64,000 nucleotides of DNA. It comes from an uncultured Acidobacteriota bacterium (GTDB lineage: Bacteria; Acidobacteriota; UBA6911; RPQK01; JAPXNP01). Shown here one piece after another: positions 48,773 to 59,149 of this stretch; within the stretch, counting starts at the first letter, position 1; each line of letters starts with the position of its first letter. A model generated the notes under the pieces. That model made no database searches. It was not told the DNA's origin and saw only the letters and a program-made list of their open reading frames with translations. The position numbers and the translations under genes were made by a program. Location of the stretch: positions 96,001 through 160,000 of the forward strand of contig CAVZRV010000011.1 in the NCBI GenBank assembly GCA_963777605.1, read 5' to 3'.

Positions 48773-50041
48773 TCAGAAACTGCCGGTAACGCCACGGAAC
48801 CGGTTCTTGGCCTGTTTGGCCAGCCACTTAACTACCCGCATGTCGTCGTAACAGTGCCCGACGATCGAGTTCAGGGTCGAGAAACAGGTCGTGTTGCAGC
48901 TCTTCTTCATTTCGTCGAGCTGCACCAGTTCGAAGCGGTCGGCTTCAATCGTTCCCCAGTTGTAGGTCGCATCGTACATTGGGAAGCACGGGGCCAGCGT
49001 CCCGTCCTCCCGGATAATCAGCGTGTTCTGGCCGGCACGGCAGGGCCACGGCTCCACCTTGCCCCTCATCATGTTTTTCATGTTAAGCAGCTGGTCTATG
49101 GGATTGGCCATCTTGTATCCCGACTGATGCTTCTCCACCAGCCAGTCAATCAAGGCATCGATCTTCGGGTAATCCTCCGGCGTGATGAACGTGCTGTTCC
49201 CGCTCTGGTGCTTGAAGCTGTCGTGCTCCATCATCGGAGACTCGTTGATGTGATAGTCGGTTGCGATCTTGTGCTTGTGCCCGATCTCCGTCAATTCCAT
49301 CACATCGTCCACGTTGATCCGGGTGATATTGATATTCAGAAAGGCCGAGTAGCCGAAATAGCGCTGCATCTCGACCATGTACTCGAAGTTCTCCCAGATC
49401 GGCTTGATCGCCTTGGGCAATTCAGGGCGGTCCTCAACGCTGTCCACGGCGAGGTTGATCACGGCGATGCCGGAATCACCCAGCCGATCCATGACTTTCG
49501 GTCTCAGCAGCCTCCCGTTCGTTGCCAGGTATACGAAAAAGCCTTTCTTGGCGGCGTAATCGGTTACCTTGTGCACGAACGGCCAGCGCACCAGCGGCTC
49601 TCCGCCCATCAGCGCCAGCACGCGGCAACCGATGTCGTCGAGCCAGTCGATCGAACGCTTGGCCGCGTCATCGCTCATCCCCTTGACCTTGTTGTTGTAG
49701 GCCCAGCAGTAATGACAGTCGAGGTTGCACTTGTAGTCGGTGAACAGGTAAGCCACGATTGGCCGCAATTCCTTGGAGTGCCAGCGGGACTTGAAATAGG
49801 GCACTCCCCAGGCTTTCCAGGCTCTCCAGCCGTTGACCTTGTTGTATTCCGAATCGGTCAACCGGTGGAGCTTCGCTTCCGGCCGCTGCGGAAATACCGG
49901 TTCTGGAAGAACCTGCGGGTCCCCTTTCGGTTGGACCTGGTTCCGCCCTTCAGCACTCATCAGTTCATCGTGTACGCTCGTATCCAGTCGAAACAACGGT
50001 TCGTTGGTTGGCTTTGGAGTCGGCGTTTGAAGGCTACTCAC
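48773..50041 (-). CDS. Radical SAM protein with twitch/SPASM-like C-terminus
   Basis: CNLDCHYC, MGGEP, ATNG; CRAG...IREDGTLAPC...CNTTC; AGAAAGGAG RBS. Confidence 0.9.
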   Translation of the reverse strand: MSSLQTPTPKPTNEPLFRLDTSVHDELMSAEGRNQVQPKGDPQVLPEPVFPQRPEAKLHRLTDSEYNKVNGWRAWKAWGVPYFKSRWHSKELRPIVAYLFTDYKCNLDCHYCWAYNNKVKGMSDDAAKRSIDWLDDIGCRVLALMGGEPLVRWPFVHKVTDYAAKKGFFVYLATNGRLLRPKVMDRLGDSGIAVINLAVDSVEDRPELPKAIKPIWENFEYMVEMQRYFGYSAFLNINITRINVDDVMELTEIGHKHKIATDYHINESPMMEHDSFKHQSGNSTFITPEDYPKIDALIDWLVEKHQSGYKMANPIDQLLNMKNMMRGKVEPWPCRAGQNTLIIREDGTLAPCFPMYDATYNWGTIEADRFELVQLDEMKKSCNTTCFSTLNSIVGHCYDDMRVVKWLAKQAKNRFRGVTGSF

Positions 50042-50308
50042 AGCTTAACTCCTTTCTGAATCGCGAAGAGCCACTTCTGCAACAAGAATCGCCCCCTCTC
50101 CAAGAGCGGTCACGTGACTCACCTGGTTCGGGAACCCGCCAGTTCAGGAGACGGAATATCGTTTGATGACCGCCTTAACGCACATGAAACTGTTCTTCTT
50201 GCCTAAGGGCGTGATTTCTCTTGCGAGCAATTAATACCATCGTAGGGAATTTTCCCTGACCTTACAAGGTCCAAATTCACCTCAGGCCGCCCCGCTTCTC
50301 GATCCATC

Positions 50309-51508
50309 TCAATAATAACGCCCGACCAAAGGGTGATCGACAATGGCCCGTTTCAACTCGAGGGGATCAATCGCGCCCTGCACCCTGTATATTACCCGGC
50401 CGCCGGGCTCGACCAGAACGGTGTAAGGAAGCGCGCCATTCCACGCCGGATCGACCGCCTCGATCAGCGCATACTGATCATCCAGCGCGAACTGAAGATT
50501 GCGTACCGCCGACTCCTTGCTTTCGAGGAACTCGAGAACTTTGTCACGGTTCTCTGGAGCGTCGGCGGAAAGCGACACGAACTCGAAGGCTCGCTCCTTG
50601 TACATGCGGTTGATCTTGATGAATTCCGGATATTCGATGACGCACGGTCCACACCAGGTGGCCCAGACATTGATAAGCCGGAGCTTATCCGTGTCGTTCG
50701 CGAGTAGAGCCCTGACTCCCTCGACGTCAGCCGGCTCGAGAGATACGGTGGCCTCGGACCATTCCTGATCCACTTTCTTCTTCCAATCGCTCTTCCAGGC
50801 CCACTTCGTCGAACAACCGAATGACTTGGTTACCGGGGTCGGTACCGACTGACCCGAAAGCACGGCATCGAGAGCGGCGCGCAGGTCTTCCGCATTCGCC
50901 GTTCCGGGCTTCTCCGAACTGTCCAGCCGGCCGGTGTAGCGGAGAATCCGGTCGCTGTCGAAAACAAAAGCGTGGGGCGTCGCAACGGGCCCGTACTGAA
51001 TCGACATCTCCTGGGTATCGCCATCGTAGAGATACGGGAAGTTGAAGCCGGCGTCGGCCGAACGAATCTGCATCTCCCCGTAGCTGTCGCCCATGTCCGC
51101 GTAACCCAATTCTTCGTAGAGCAAACCCAGAGGAGAGTTCGGTGAAACCGCCACCACCTGCACCCCTCGGGAGCGGTAGTCGTCGGTCAGCCTCCTGATC
51201 CGCTCCTCGTAGGCTTGCGCAGTTGGACAGTGATTGCAGGTGAAGATAATCGTCAGTGCCGGAGAGTCCGCGAAATCAGCCAGGCTGTAGTATCGCCCAT
51301 CGACACCCGGGAGCCAGAAATCAGGAGCTGGAGAACCGATGGCGAGGGTCTCAACACTGGTTTCCGGCACGGGCTGTGGGGCGGGCTTGAACTCGGCAGA
51401 ATCGCGGGAAGAAGTGCAGGAAACAAGCAGAGCCATCAACAGAGAACTGATCCCGATTCCAGTGACTGAGTCTGGTTTCATCATATTGCTCAGCCTATCA
51501 AACTGCAC
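50309..51508 (-). CDS. Lipoprotein with two thioredoxin-fold domains (AhpC/TSA-like + TlpA-like)
   Basis: LLVSC lipobox; FTCNHCP...GCSTKW; NVWATWCGPC. Confidence 0.88.
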   Translation of the reverse strand: MQFDRLSNMMKPDSVTGIGISSLLMALLVSCTSSRDSAEFKPAPQPVPETSVETLAIGSPAPDFWLPGVDGRYYSLADFADSPALTIIFTCNHCPTAQAYEERIRRLTDDYRSRGVQVVAVSPNSPLGLLYEELGYADMGDSYGEMQIRSADAGFNFPYLYDGDTQEMSIQYGPVATPHAFVFDSDRILRYTGRLDSSEKPGTANAEDLRAALDAVLSGQSVPTPVTKSFGCSTKWAWKSDWKKKVDQEWSEATVSLEPADVEGVRALLANDTDKLRLINVWATWCGPCVIEYPEFIKINRMYKERAFEFVSLSADAPENRDKVLEFLESKESAVRNLQFALDDQYALIEAVDPAWNGALPYTVLVEPGGRVIYRVQGAIDPLELKRAIVDHPLVGRYY

Positions 51509-51535
51509 CGTGTCGAGGGAGAGAAAACGGGCCGC

Positions 51536-52703
51536 CTAGAACACCCTGAAAATCGCCAGCTTCAGGTAGGCCGTCTCGGGCATGGCAGGGTTCACCGGGT
51601 GGTCGGGTCCTTGTCCTCTGCGCTCGAGGAGCTGCAGCGTCCTTCCGGACCGTGCCGCGGCATGGCGAATGACCTGGAAGAAAACATCCTCCCGCAAATG
51701 GAATGAGCAAGATGCCGTCACCAGAAATCCCGCCGGGTTGAGGACCTTGAGCGCGAGCTCATTTACTCGCTGGTAAGCCTTGCGGGCTCGTCCCACATCC
51801 TTCTTGCGAGGTGCGAACGAGGGGGGATCGAGAATGACCACGTCGAACCGCGCTCCACCGTCGATCGCACCCTGGAGGTATCGAAAGACGTCGGCCTCCA
51901 CTCCGTCCACCCTCAGCCCGTTCAGCCGGGCGTTTTCCCGGACGGCCGCGATCGCCTCGGAGGAAGAGTCGACCGCTACCACGGAATCGGCTCCGGCCCG
52001 GGCGGCGGCCAGGGCAAATCCTCCCTGGTTGCAAAAACAGTCGAGGACCCGCTGTCCGCTGCAGTAGCCGGCGGCAGCCTTTCGATTCCACTTCTGATCG
52101 AGGAAAAACCCGGTCTTTTGTCCGGCCAGAAGATCGGCGCGGTACCGAATCCCGTTTTCGACGATTTCCGAAGGGGCCGTGTACTTGCCGCAGATAACGC
52201 CCCGCTTCTGAGGCAACCCTTCGAGACGGCGCAAGTCGGAGTCGTTACGTTCCAGAATCGCGGCTGGGTGAAAGCGCTCGTCCAAAACCGTAGTCAAGAC
52301 GTCCACGGCACGGTCCATGGCGCACGACAGCGTCTGAACCACGATAGAATCACCGAATCGATCGACGATCAGCCCTGGAAGCAGGTCGCTCTCCCCATGA
52401 ACCAGTCGGTAGGACGTTTCGCCCGGCAGGAGCCTCTCGCGAAGCCTCGCGGCAGAGCCGATCCTTGCCTCGAAGAAGTCCCGTCCCAGTTCGCTGACAC
52501 CCAACCCCCAGCATCCGGGCAGTAATCAGCGAATGAGGGTGATAAGCAGCGGTCCCAAGTGAGCTTCCGTTGTGGGCGACCACTTCCACCAGGTCACCGG
52601 CTGCAGCTCCTTCCGGGAACTGGGCCACCTCGTTGGAAAATACCCAGAGGTGCCCCTGTCGCAATCGTCGCTCTTCGCGAGGTCTCAATCCGAGTCGCAA
52701 CAT
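51536..52703 (-). CDS. RlmI/RlmK-family SAM-dependent rRNA methyltransferase, frameshift at the C5 run 52505-52509
   Basis: PUA-like GHLWVFSNE in ORF 52350..53126; ESDLLPGLIVD, GQKTGFFLDQ, LDPPSF and DHP...YLK in ORF 51536..52504. Confidence 0.88.
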
Positions 52704-52892
52704 AGCTTCGTCTGTCAGATTAGCACCCCCGCCCATTCGACGACCAGCCGATGCTCGTGGCGACAGCCGCCGGGCTGATCTCCTCTGACCGGTGGAGTCA
52801 ACGGGCCGCGGTAGCCGCCGCCGCCCTGCATCAGCCGATCCGGTGCGAAGCGGTCTAAAACCGTTTAACTGAAACAGCTTCTTGGATATCCT

Positions 52893-53504
52893 ATGGTTCC
52901 AATGTTTGAGTACATGAGGAATCAACGACAGAACCAGCGAAGCACTTCCCCAATTCTCGTAGCCGGCCTCCTGGCCCTTACATTCGGCTCCTGGCTGCGA
53001 GCAGAGGATGTCACCGTCACCGGGAGCATCGAACCGGGCCAGTGCTCCACGTGGGCTTGGGCCGACCAGGAAAAGGTTCCCATCTTCGATCCACTCGCAT
53101 CTCCCGACTCTGAAGCCAGCCGTCAACAGATTCGAGAGTTGGACGGGCTGATTCGCTCTACGGTCGAGGGCTTGATCCGAAAGAGGGGTTGGCAGAAAGC
53201 CTCACCCGCAGCCTGCCAGGTGAGTTACTCGTTGATCCAGGACCTCGACCTTGACGTCGCCCGATATGAGACTGGCGGCATGGTTCCAGGAAATATCGTC
53301 GACTCCGGCGGCAGGCTGGATGTTGCCGGCACCGATTCCTACATGAGAAAGAAAGGAACCTTCACCCTGGACATTTCGACTGGGGACCCCGCCGTAAGAA
53401 TCTGGAGAGGCACCCTTGCCGACTCGCTTGGACACGGGAAAGAGGTCTCGAAGAATTCCCTGAAGCTCGTAAAGGAAGTGACAAAATCGGTACCGAAACG
53501 GTGA
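52893..53504 (+). CDS. Exported DUF4136-like protein
   Basis: Signal-like segment; TWAW...KRGW...KGTFTLDI...IWRG pattern. Confidence 0.6.
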   Translation: MVPMFEYMRNQRQNQRSTSPILVAGLLALTFGSWLRAEDVTVTGSIEPGQCSTWAWADQEKVPIFDPLASPDSEASRQQIRELDGLIRSTVEGLIRKRGWQKASPAACQVSYSLIQDLDLDVARYETGGMVPGNIVDSGGRLDVAGTDSYMRKKGTFTLDISTGDPAVRIWRGTLADSLGHGKEVSKNSLKLVKEVTKSVPKR

Positions 53505-53725
53505 GGTCGCAATTGTTGAGCGCCGGGCCGCGGGATTTTTGGAGTTTGAGATCATTCGGAATCCGGGTGGCTGCTCGGCGTAGTTCACAATTCCTCCCCG
53601 AATCGGAAACTTTTGGCCTCAAACGGCTATCTTTACAAAGGGACTCACTTCATGCCCGGTCTTATCTCGCCTGTGGGACTGCAGCCGGCATCCACGGCGA
53701 AGCTCGAATTCCCTGAAAGTGGTGT

Positions 53726-54718
53726 ATGAGCAAATCGGCTCTGTCCAAGATACTGATTGGCGGAAATCGAAATCCGCGTGAACTCGGCCCGCAGTCGAAA
53801 TCCGCACACGAGGGATCCGCTTCCGAGCACCCGGCGACCCCGGACGGTGGCCGCCATCGCCATGCCTCACTCTACGACGACACCCTCTCCAACCGTTCCG
53901 AGTGGCGCTGGAGTTCGCTGATCTGGGGTTTCGTTGCGCTGATTGTCGTTGCCGGGGTGGTCGCGGTATTCCTGGGCTCTTCCGCAGACCAACAGGTCCT
54001 CGAACTGGCCGAGACCAAGGCAAAGGTCGCCGACGAATCTGAACTGTCCAAAGTGGTCTCGGAGGTCCGCGACCGGGACGCGACAGCCGCAAGCGGGGAA
54101 CCTTCATCCACGCCCGATACAGCGCCGCAGAAGGTTTCAACACACGATCAGACCACTCCTGTGCGGCCGCCGACTCGACCTGCAACGCAACAGGAAATCG
54201 CCGCTCCCCCCGCCGGGGAAGCAGCATCCACGTCGAAGACCCCTGCGGTCCTGACCGGGGAGACGACAAAGCCCCCGTCACCGCAACCGGTCACAACCGC
54301 CCCCGCCAAGGAGAACTTGGCTCCCTCGTCAACTCAGGATCCGACAGCCTCGGCGCCGGCTGCGTCCGCTCAGGAGACGAACCCGACGCAGGCCAAGGCA
54401 AAACCCGGCCAGGTCGTCGAGGAGGAGCAGGCGCCTGCCGAAGAACCCGCCGGACCGCCGCCTGAAAACAAGGCAGCATACGATGCTTTGATTCAAGACT
54501 CCCAAGTGGCGGCCAAGATTGTCGTCGGCGCCTTTCCAACGCTGACCTACCAGACCTGGAGAGTAGTCCAGAAGAACGATCGCGAGGTCTGGATCGACCT
54601 GATCGCAAACTGGACTGACAGCGGTTCAGAAGTCCACTTCATTTGGGCGGTCAGCCGCGATGGTAAGACCGTGAGAGCCTTGAGCGAGGCGGCCCGGAAT
54701 CTCGTGCGGGAAGGCTGA
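53726..54718 (+). CDS. Hypothetical bitopic membrane protein with Pro/Ala/Thr-rich linker and small C-terminal domain
   Basis: One TM segment (LIWGFVALIVVAGVVAVFLG), low-complexity linker, globular C-terminus. Confidence 0.7.
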   Translation: MSKSALSKILIGGNRNPRELGPQSKSAHEGSASEHPATPDGGRHRHASLYDDTLSNRSEWRWSSLIWGFVALIVVAGVVAVFLGSSADQQVLELAETKAKVADESELSKVVSEVRDRDATAASGEPSSTPDTAPQKVSTHDQTTPVRPPTRPATQQEIAAPPAGEAASTSKTPAVLTGETTKPPSPQPVTTAPAKENLAPSSTQDPTASAPAASAQETNPTQAKAKPGQVVEEEQAPAEEPAGPPPENKAAYDALIQDSQVAAKIVVGAFPTLTYQTWRVVQKNDREVWIDLIANWTDSGSEVHFIWAVSRDGKTVRALSEAARNLVREG

Positions 54719-54814
54719 CAGTTCTTCCACAACCCATTTTCCGCCTGTTGCATTTCCGGACCCATCGAGATGGCGATCAGCCGTCGAACCCCGTGTTAGA
54801 CTGGTCGTTTACAC

Positions 54815-57685
54815 ATGAGCCCAAGCGAGCGCACTGGGGGGGCCATCGAAATTCTGGGCGCCCGCCAGAACAATCTCAAGAACATCGACGTCGCGCTTCC
54901 GATCAACGCTCTCACCGTGATCACCGGGCTGAGCGGCTCGGGTAAGTCGAGCCTTGCTTTCGACACCCTCTACGCAGAAGGGCAGCGGCGATACGTTGAA
55001 TCGATGTCGGCCTACGCCCGCCAGTTCCTCGAGCGGATCCCCAAGCCGGCGGTCCGGGAGATTCGAGGCATCTGCCCCGCCATTGCGATCCGCCAGAAGA
55101 ACACGACCCGCAACCCCCGCTCTACCGTAGGGACAGTGACCGAGATTTATGATTTCATGCGCCTCCTCTTTGCGCGGGCAGGCCGGGTGCGGTGCCGGGA
55201 ATGCGGGCAGGAAGTCCGAAAAGATGACGTCGACACGGTCGTTGAAGAGCTCCTGTCCCGCTACCAGGGAGAACGCGCCTACCTGACCTTTCCGCTCGCC
55301 GGCAGCGCTCTTGACCTGACCGTTGGGACTCCGGAAAGCCGGATCGAAGCAAAAGACGTGATCGACAACCTGGTCAAACAGGGCTTTCATCGCCTGATTG
55401 CCAAGCCGTTCACGGAGAATCGACCTCTCCAGCTTCCCGCCCAGGCCCCGGCAAACCTTCCGGAACTCCTGAATCTTCACGTTCTCGTTGACCGCCTGGC
55501 AATCGAGTCCGAGGCAAGGGAACGGTTGACTGATTCCCTCGAACTGGGCTTCGCGGAGGGCAAGGGAGTCGCGGAAGTGACCGTGCTCAAGCCGGAGCCG
55601 GGCGGGTCCGGCGAGACGCTTCGATTCAGCGAGCGGTTCGACTGCCAGAAATGCGGCATCACCTACAAGGCGCCCGACCCGAGACTGTTCTCCTTCAACA
55701 ACCCGTACGGGGCCTGCCCCAGTTGCCAGGGATTTGGAAATACCATCACGCTGGATCGGGAACTGGTCATTCCGGATCCCCGCCGCACGCTGCGGGAAGG
55801 CCCGATAGAGCCATTCCTCAAGCCCCGTTACCTGAAGCGACAGCAGAAGCTGCTCGAATGGGCGGAACGGCAGGACATTCCGCTCGACATTCCCTTTGAT
55901 GAACTCCCCGAAACCACTCAGGAGGCAATCTGGAATGGGCGGCAGGGCTTCTCAGGCGTAGTCGGATTCTTCGACCGTCTCAACGAGAAGAAATATAAGA
56001 TGCACGTCCGCATCTTCATCGCCCGCTACCGGGGCTACTCTCGCTGTGCGGAATGCAACGGGGAGCGGCTCCGACAGGAGGCGCGGGACGTCTACGTGGG
56101 CGGACAGCGGATCACCCAGATCACCCGGATGACGGTTTCGGAATTGCGGGAGTTCTTCGGGGACCTCGTGCTGTCCCGTTCCGAGGCCCAGATTGCCGGC
56201 AAGCTCCTCAATGAGATCAGCAAGCGCCTCGACTTCCTCGACCAGGTCGGCCTCGATTACCTGACCCTGGACCGCCTGACGTCAACTCTGAGCGGGGGAG
56301 AGATGCAGCGCATCCACCTGGCGGCCTCGCTGGGATCGTCCCTGGCGGGAGCCTTATATGTCCTGGACGAACCTTCTATCGGGCTTCACCCGAGGGACCA
56401 GGATCGCTTAATTCAGATCCTGAAACGACTCAGGGACCTGGGTAACACGATTGTGGTCGTGGAGCACGAGCGGGACATCATCCAGTCCGCCGATCACCTG
56501 ATCGACATGGGCCCAGGGGCCGGAGAACTCGGGGGTTCGGTCGTCTTCAGCGGTAACCTGGCCGAGGCGGAACGGAGCAGTGAATCGCTGACCGCAAGAT
56601 ACCTGCGCAACGAATGCAGGATTCCGGTCCCCATCTTTCGACGCCAGCCAACAGGCAAGCGGCTGTGGGTTCGAGGAGCCAGCGAAAACAACCTCAAAGA
56701 CCTGGACATCGAAATTCCGCTCGGTCTGTTCGTTTGTGTCTCTGGCGTCTCCGGATCGGGGAAGTCTACCCTGGTCCAGGACGTCCTGTACGCCGGGCTG
56801 AAGAAGCTCAAGAAACAGTGGAACGGGCCAGTGGGCAGTCACCGCCAAATTGACGGTGCCGGTCACATCAGCGACGTGATTCTGGTCGACCAATCACCGA
56901 TCGGAAGAACACCACGGTCCAACCCGGTTACCTACATCAAGGCGTTCGACGACATCCGAAAGACTTTCGCCGGTCTCCGGGACGCCCAGGCCAGGAACCT
57001 GACTCCCGCTCACTTTTCCTTCAACGTCCCCGGGGGGCGCTGTGAGACCTGCCAGGGATCAGGTGTAATTACAGTCGAAATGCAGTTTCTGGCCGACGTC
57101 GACCTGGAGTGCGAGGACTGCGGAGGAACCCGCTACCAGAAACGAGTCCTGGAAGTGACCTACAAAGGCAAGAATATCGACGACGTCCTCAAAATGACGG
57201 TCAGGGAGGCGATCGGGTTCTTTTCCTCTCGTGCGGCGCTGGTCAGAAAACTGAAGGTCCTCCAGGAGGTCGGCCTCGATTACGTCCGACTGGGACAGTC
57301 GGCCACGACGCTGTCCGGCGGAGAGGCCCAGCGTATCAAGATGGCGGCTTATCTCTCCAAGGCCACCAAAGGGCGCCCCCTGTTCATCCTCGACGAGCCG
57401 ACCACCGGGCTTCATTTCGACGACATCGGGAAACTGCTGCGCGCATTCGACCGCCTCCTGAGCGGTGGAGCAACCGTCCTGGTCATCGAACACAACATGG
57501 ACGTCCTGAAAAACGCCGACTGGGTCATCGACCTGGGGCCGGATGGCGGAACCGGAGGGGGGCAATTGGTGATCGCCGGCCCGCCCGAGGTTGTGGCCGC
57601 CCACCCCGACTCACACACGGGCAGGTTTCTGCGAGAGTGCCTGGAGGAGTATCCTGTCGGAAAGACTGCTGGTTCGGCGAGTTGA
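54815..57685 (+). CDS. uvrA: Excinuclease ABC subunit A
   Basis: GLSGSGKSSLAFDTLYAEGQRRY, zinc fingers, LSGGE twice, DQSPIGRTPRSNP. Confidence 0.97.
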   Translation: MSPSERTGGAIEILGARQNNLKNIDVALPINALTVITGLSGSGKSSLAFDTLYAEGQRRYVESMSAYARQFLERIPKPAVREIRGICPAIAIRQKNTTRNPRSTVGTVTEIYDFMRLLFARAGRVRCRECGQEVRKDDVDTVVEELLSRYQGERAYLTFPLAGSALDLTVGTPESRIEAKDVIDNLVKQGFHRLIAKPFTENRPLQLPAQAPANLPELLNLHVLVDRLAIESEARERLTDSLELGFAEGKGVAEVTVLKPEPGGSGETLRFSERFDCQKCGITYKAPDPRLFSFNNPYGACPSCQGFGNTITLDRELVIPDPRRTLREGPIEPFLKPRYLKRQQKLLEWAERQDIPLDIPFDELPETTQEAIWNGRQGFSGVVGFFDRLNEKKYKMHVRIFIARYRGYSRCAECNGERLRQEARDVYVGGQRITQITRMTVSELREFFGDLVLSRSEAQIAGKLLNEISKRLDFLDQVGLDYLTLDRLTSTLSGGEMQRIHLAASLGSSLAGALYVLDEPSIGLHPRDQDRLIQILKRLRDLGNTIVVVEHERDIIQSADHLIDMGPGAGELGGSVVFSGNLAEAERSSESLTARYLRNECRIPVPIFRRQPTGKRLWVRGASENNLKDLDIEIPLGLFVCVSGVSGSGKSTLVQDVLYAGLKKLKKQWNGPVGSHRQIDGAGHISDVILVDQSPIGRTPRSNPVTYIKAFDDIRKTFAGLRDAQARNLTPAHFSFNVPGGRCETCQGSGVITVEMQFLADVDLECEDCGGTRYQKRVLEVTYKGKNIDDVLKMTVREAIGFFSSRAALVRKLKVLQEVGLDYVRLGQSATTLSGGEAQRIKMAAYLSKATKGRPLFILDEPTTGLHFDDIGKLLRAFDRLLSGGATVLVIEHNMDVLKNADWVIDLGPDGGTGGGQLVIAGPPEVVAAHPDSHTGRFLRECLEEYPVGKTAGSAS

Positions 57686-57706
57686 CCTCGCCGGCACTGC
57701 TTCAGT

Positions 57707-57741
57707 TTCCGGTCGGCGGGGAAAGTTGAGACCGACCGGAA
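57707..57741. terminator. Hairpin downstream of uvrA
   Basis: ttccggtcgg / ccgaccggaa perfect 10-bp stem. Confidence 0.45.
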
Positions 57742-57794
57742 CTTGACTGACTGAACCGTCCACAATAACCTCGAATTCCAGGAGCAGAATACAA

Positions 57795-59051
57795 ATGACG
57801 AATCCCCCTCGAGTGACGATGATTGGCGGCGGAATGATCACCCGGATCCAGCTTCTTCCTTCCATATTACAGCTGCAAAGAGAAGGGATCGTCGGGGAGA
57901 TTCACATCTGCGACAGTCGCGCCCGACCTCTGATCGAGCTCCAGGAGAGTGAAGTACTCAGGACCGCGTTTCCGGACTGCTCGTTCACTCCCCACCCCGA
58001 TCCCTCCTCCGTGGACCAGGACGAATTCGACCCGGACCGCTTTCGGAAGATCCTGCGGGAAGCCCCGCGCGGATCCCTCGCCGTGATTGCGGTCCCCGAC
58101 CAGTTCCACTACCCGGTGTTGCGGGAAGCAATCGAGAACGACCTGCACGTCTGCATCGTGAAACCCCTGGTTCTCAATTACCAGGAAGCGGAGGAGATCG
58201 CCCGCCTGGCCTACGAGCGAGGACTGGTCGTCGGCGTCGAGTATCACAAGCGCTTTGATCGGAGAAACCTGCTCGCCCGCAAGGCATACCGATCAGGCAG
58301 ACTCGGCAACTTCCGCCTCGGCCAGGCCCAGATGATCGAGCCCTATTACTATCGCGATTCCAATTTCCAGAACTGGTGCACCACCCAAAACACCGACATG
58401 TTCACCTACGTGGGTTGCCACTACGTAGACCTCGTCGCCTTCATTACCGGCCTTCGCCCGGTTTCGGTCAGCGTGTATGGGATCGTTGACCGCTACCCGA
58501 ACGGCAATGAAGGTTTCCTCTGGACCGATGGACGGGTAGTCTGGGAAAACGGTGCCTCGTTGAGTGTAGTCGATGCGATCGGGTACCCGAACGCGGCGGC
58601 GGGTGGAAATGCCCAGGGTCTGACCATGTGGTGCCAGGGAAATAGCGACGCAACGCTTCTCGTCCATTCCGACCAGTTCCGCGGCGTCAAGTGCAGCTAC
58701 AATTCGGCCGGCACGGAACCCGGAGACACGATCTATGCCGAGCCCAATCCTGACTACTACCAACTTCACGATATGGGAACCACAGGCCTGGTGCCGGATG
58801 GGTATGGCCACCAGAGCGTGGCCTACATCGTCGGAGCCTGTGCCCGGGCAAGCCGGCTCAATTCGGTTGAAGAGCGGCAGTCGCATATCCATTCCCTGGA
58901 CGAAGCGGGGATCATGGCAACCCCTAGAAACAGCTCTTACAACGAACTGGTGATCGAAGCCGCCCGAAAAAGCATTCTTTCGGGGGGACGGGAGGTGTCT
59001 ATCGAATACGGGAAGACACCCGGAGTCCGGTTCAGAAGTTACCAGTCCTGA
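57795..59051 (+). CDS. Gfo/Idh/MocA family oxidoreductase
   Basis: IGGGMI, AVPDQFH, VKPL, EYHKRFD, GCHYVD. Confidence 0.85.
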   Translation: MTNPPRVTMIGGGMITRIQLLPSILQLQREGIVGEIHICDSRARPLIELQESEVLRTAFPDCSFTPHPDPSSVDQDEFDPDRFRKILREAPRGSLAVIAVPDQFHYPVLREAIENDLHVCIVKPLVLNYQEAEEIARLAYERGLVVGVEYHKRFDRRNLLARKAYRSGRLGNFRLGQAQMIEPYYYRDSNFQNWCTTQNTDMFTYVGCHYVDLVAFITGLRPVSVSVYGIVDRYPNGNEGFLWTDGRVVWENGASLSVVDAIGYPNAAAGGNAQGLTMWCQGNSDATLLVHSDQFRGVKCSYNSAGTEPGDTIYAEPNPDYYQLHDMGTTGLVPDGYGHQSVAYIVGACARASRLNSVEERQSHIHSLDEAGIMATPRNSSYNELVIEAARKSILSGGREVSIEYGKTPGVRFRSYQS

Positions 59052-59149
59052 ACGACACAACTGAAGTGATCTCAATCAGGTAGACTATCCCCTTCTCGAA
59101 GAGGACGAGTTGATCAGCTGCGTTCTTTCGAACGCAATGGAAGGCAAAT

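Noticed and set aside
50042-50308. RiPP precursor peptide for the radical SAM enzyme
   Set aside because: Only 13-25 codon ORFs without a convincing RBS or precursor-like composition; no RRE, protease or transporter nearby
54719-54814. LexA/SOS box upstream of uvrA
   Set aside because: No GTTC-N7-GTTC, GAAC-N4-GTTC or CTGT-N8-ACAG with correct spacing
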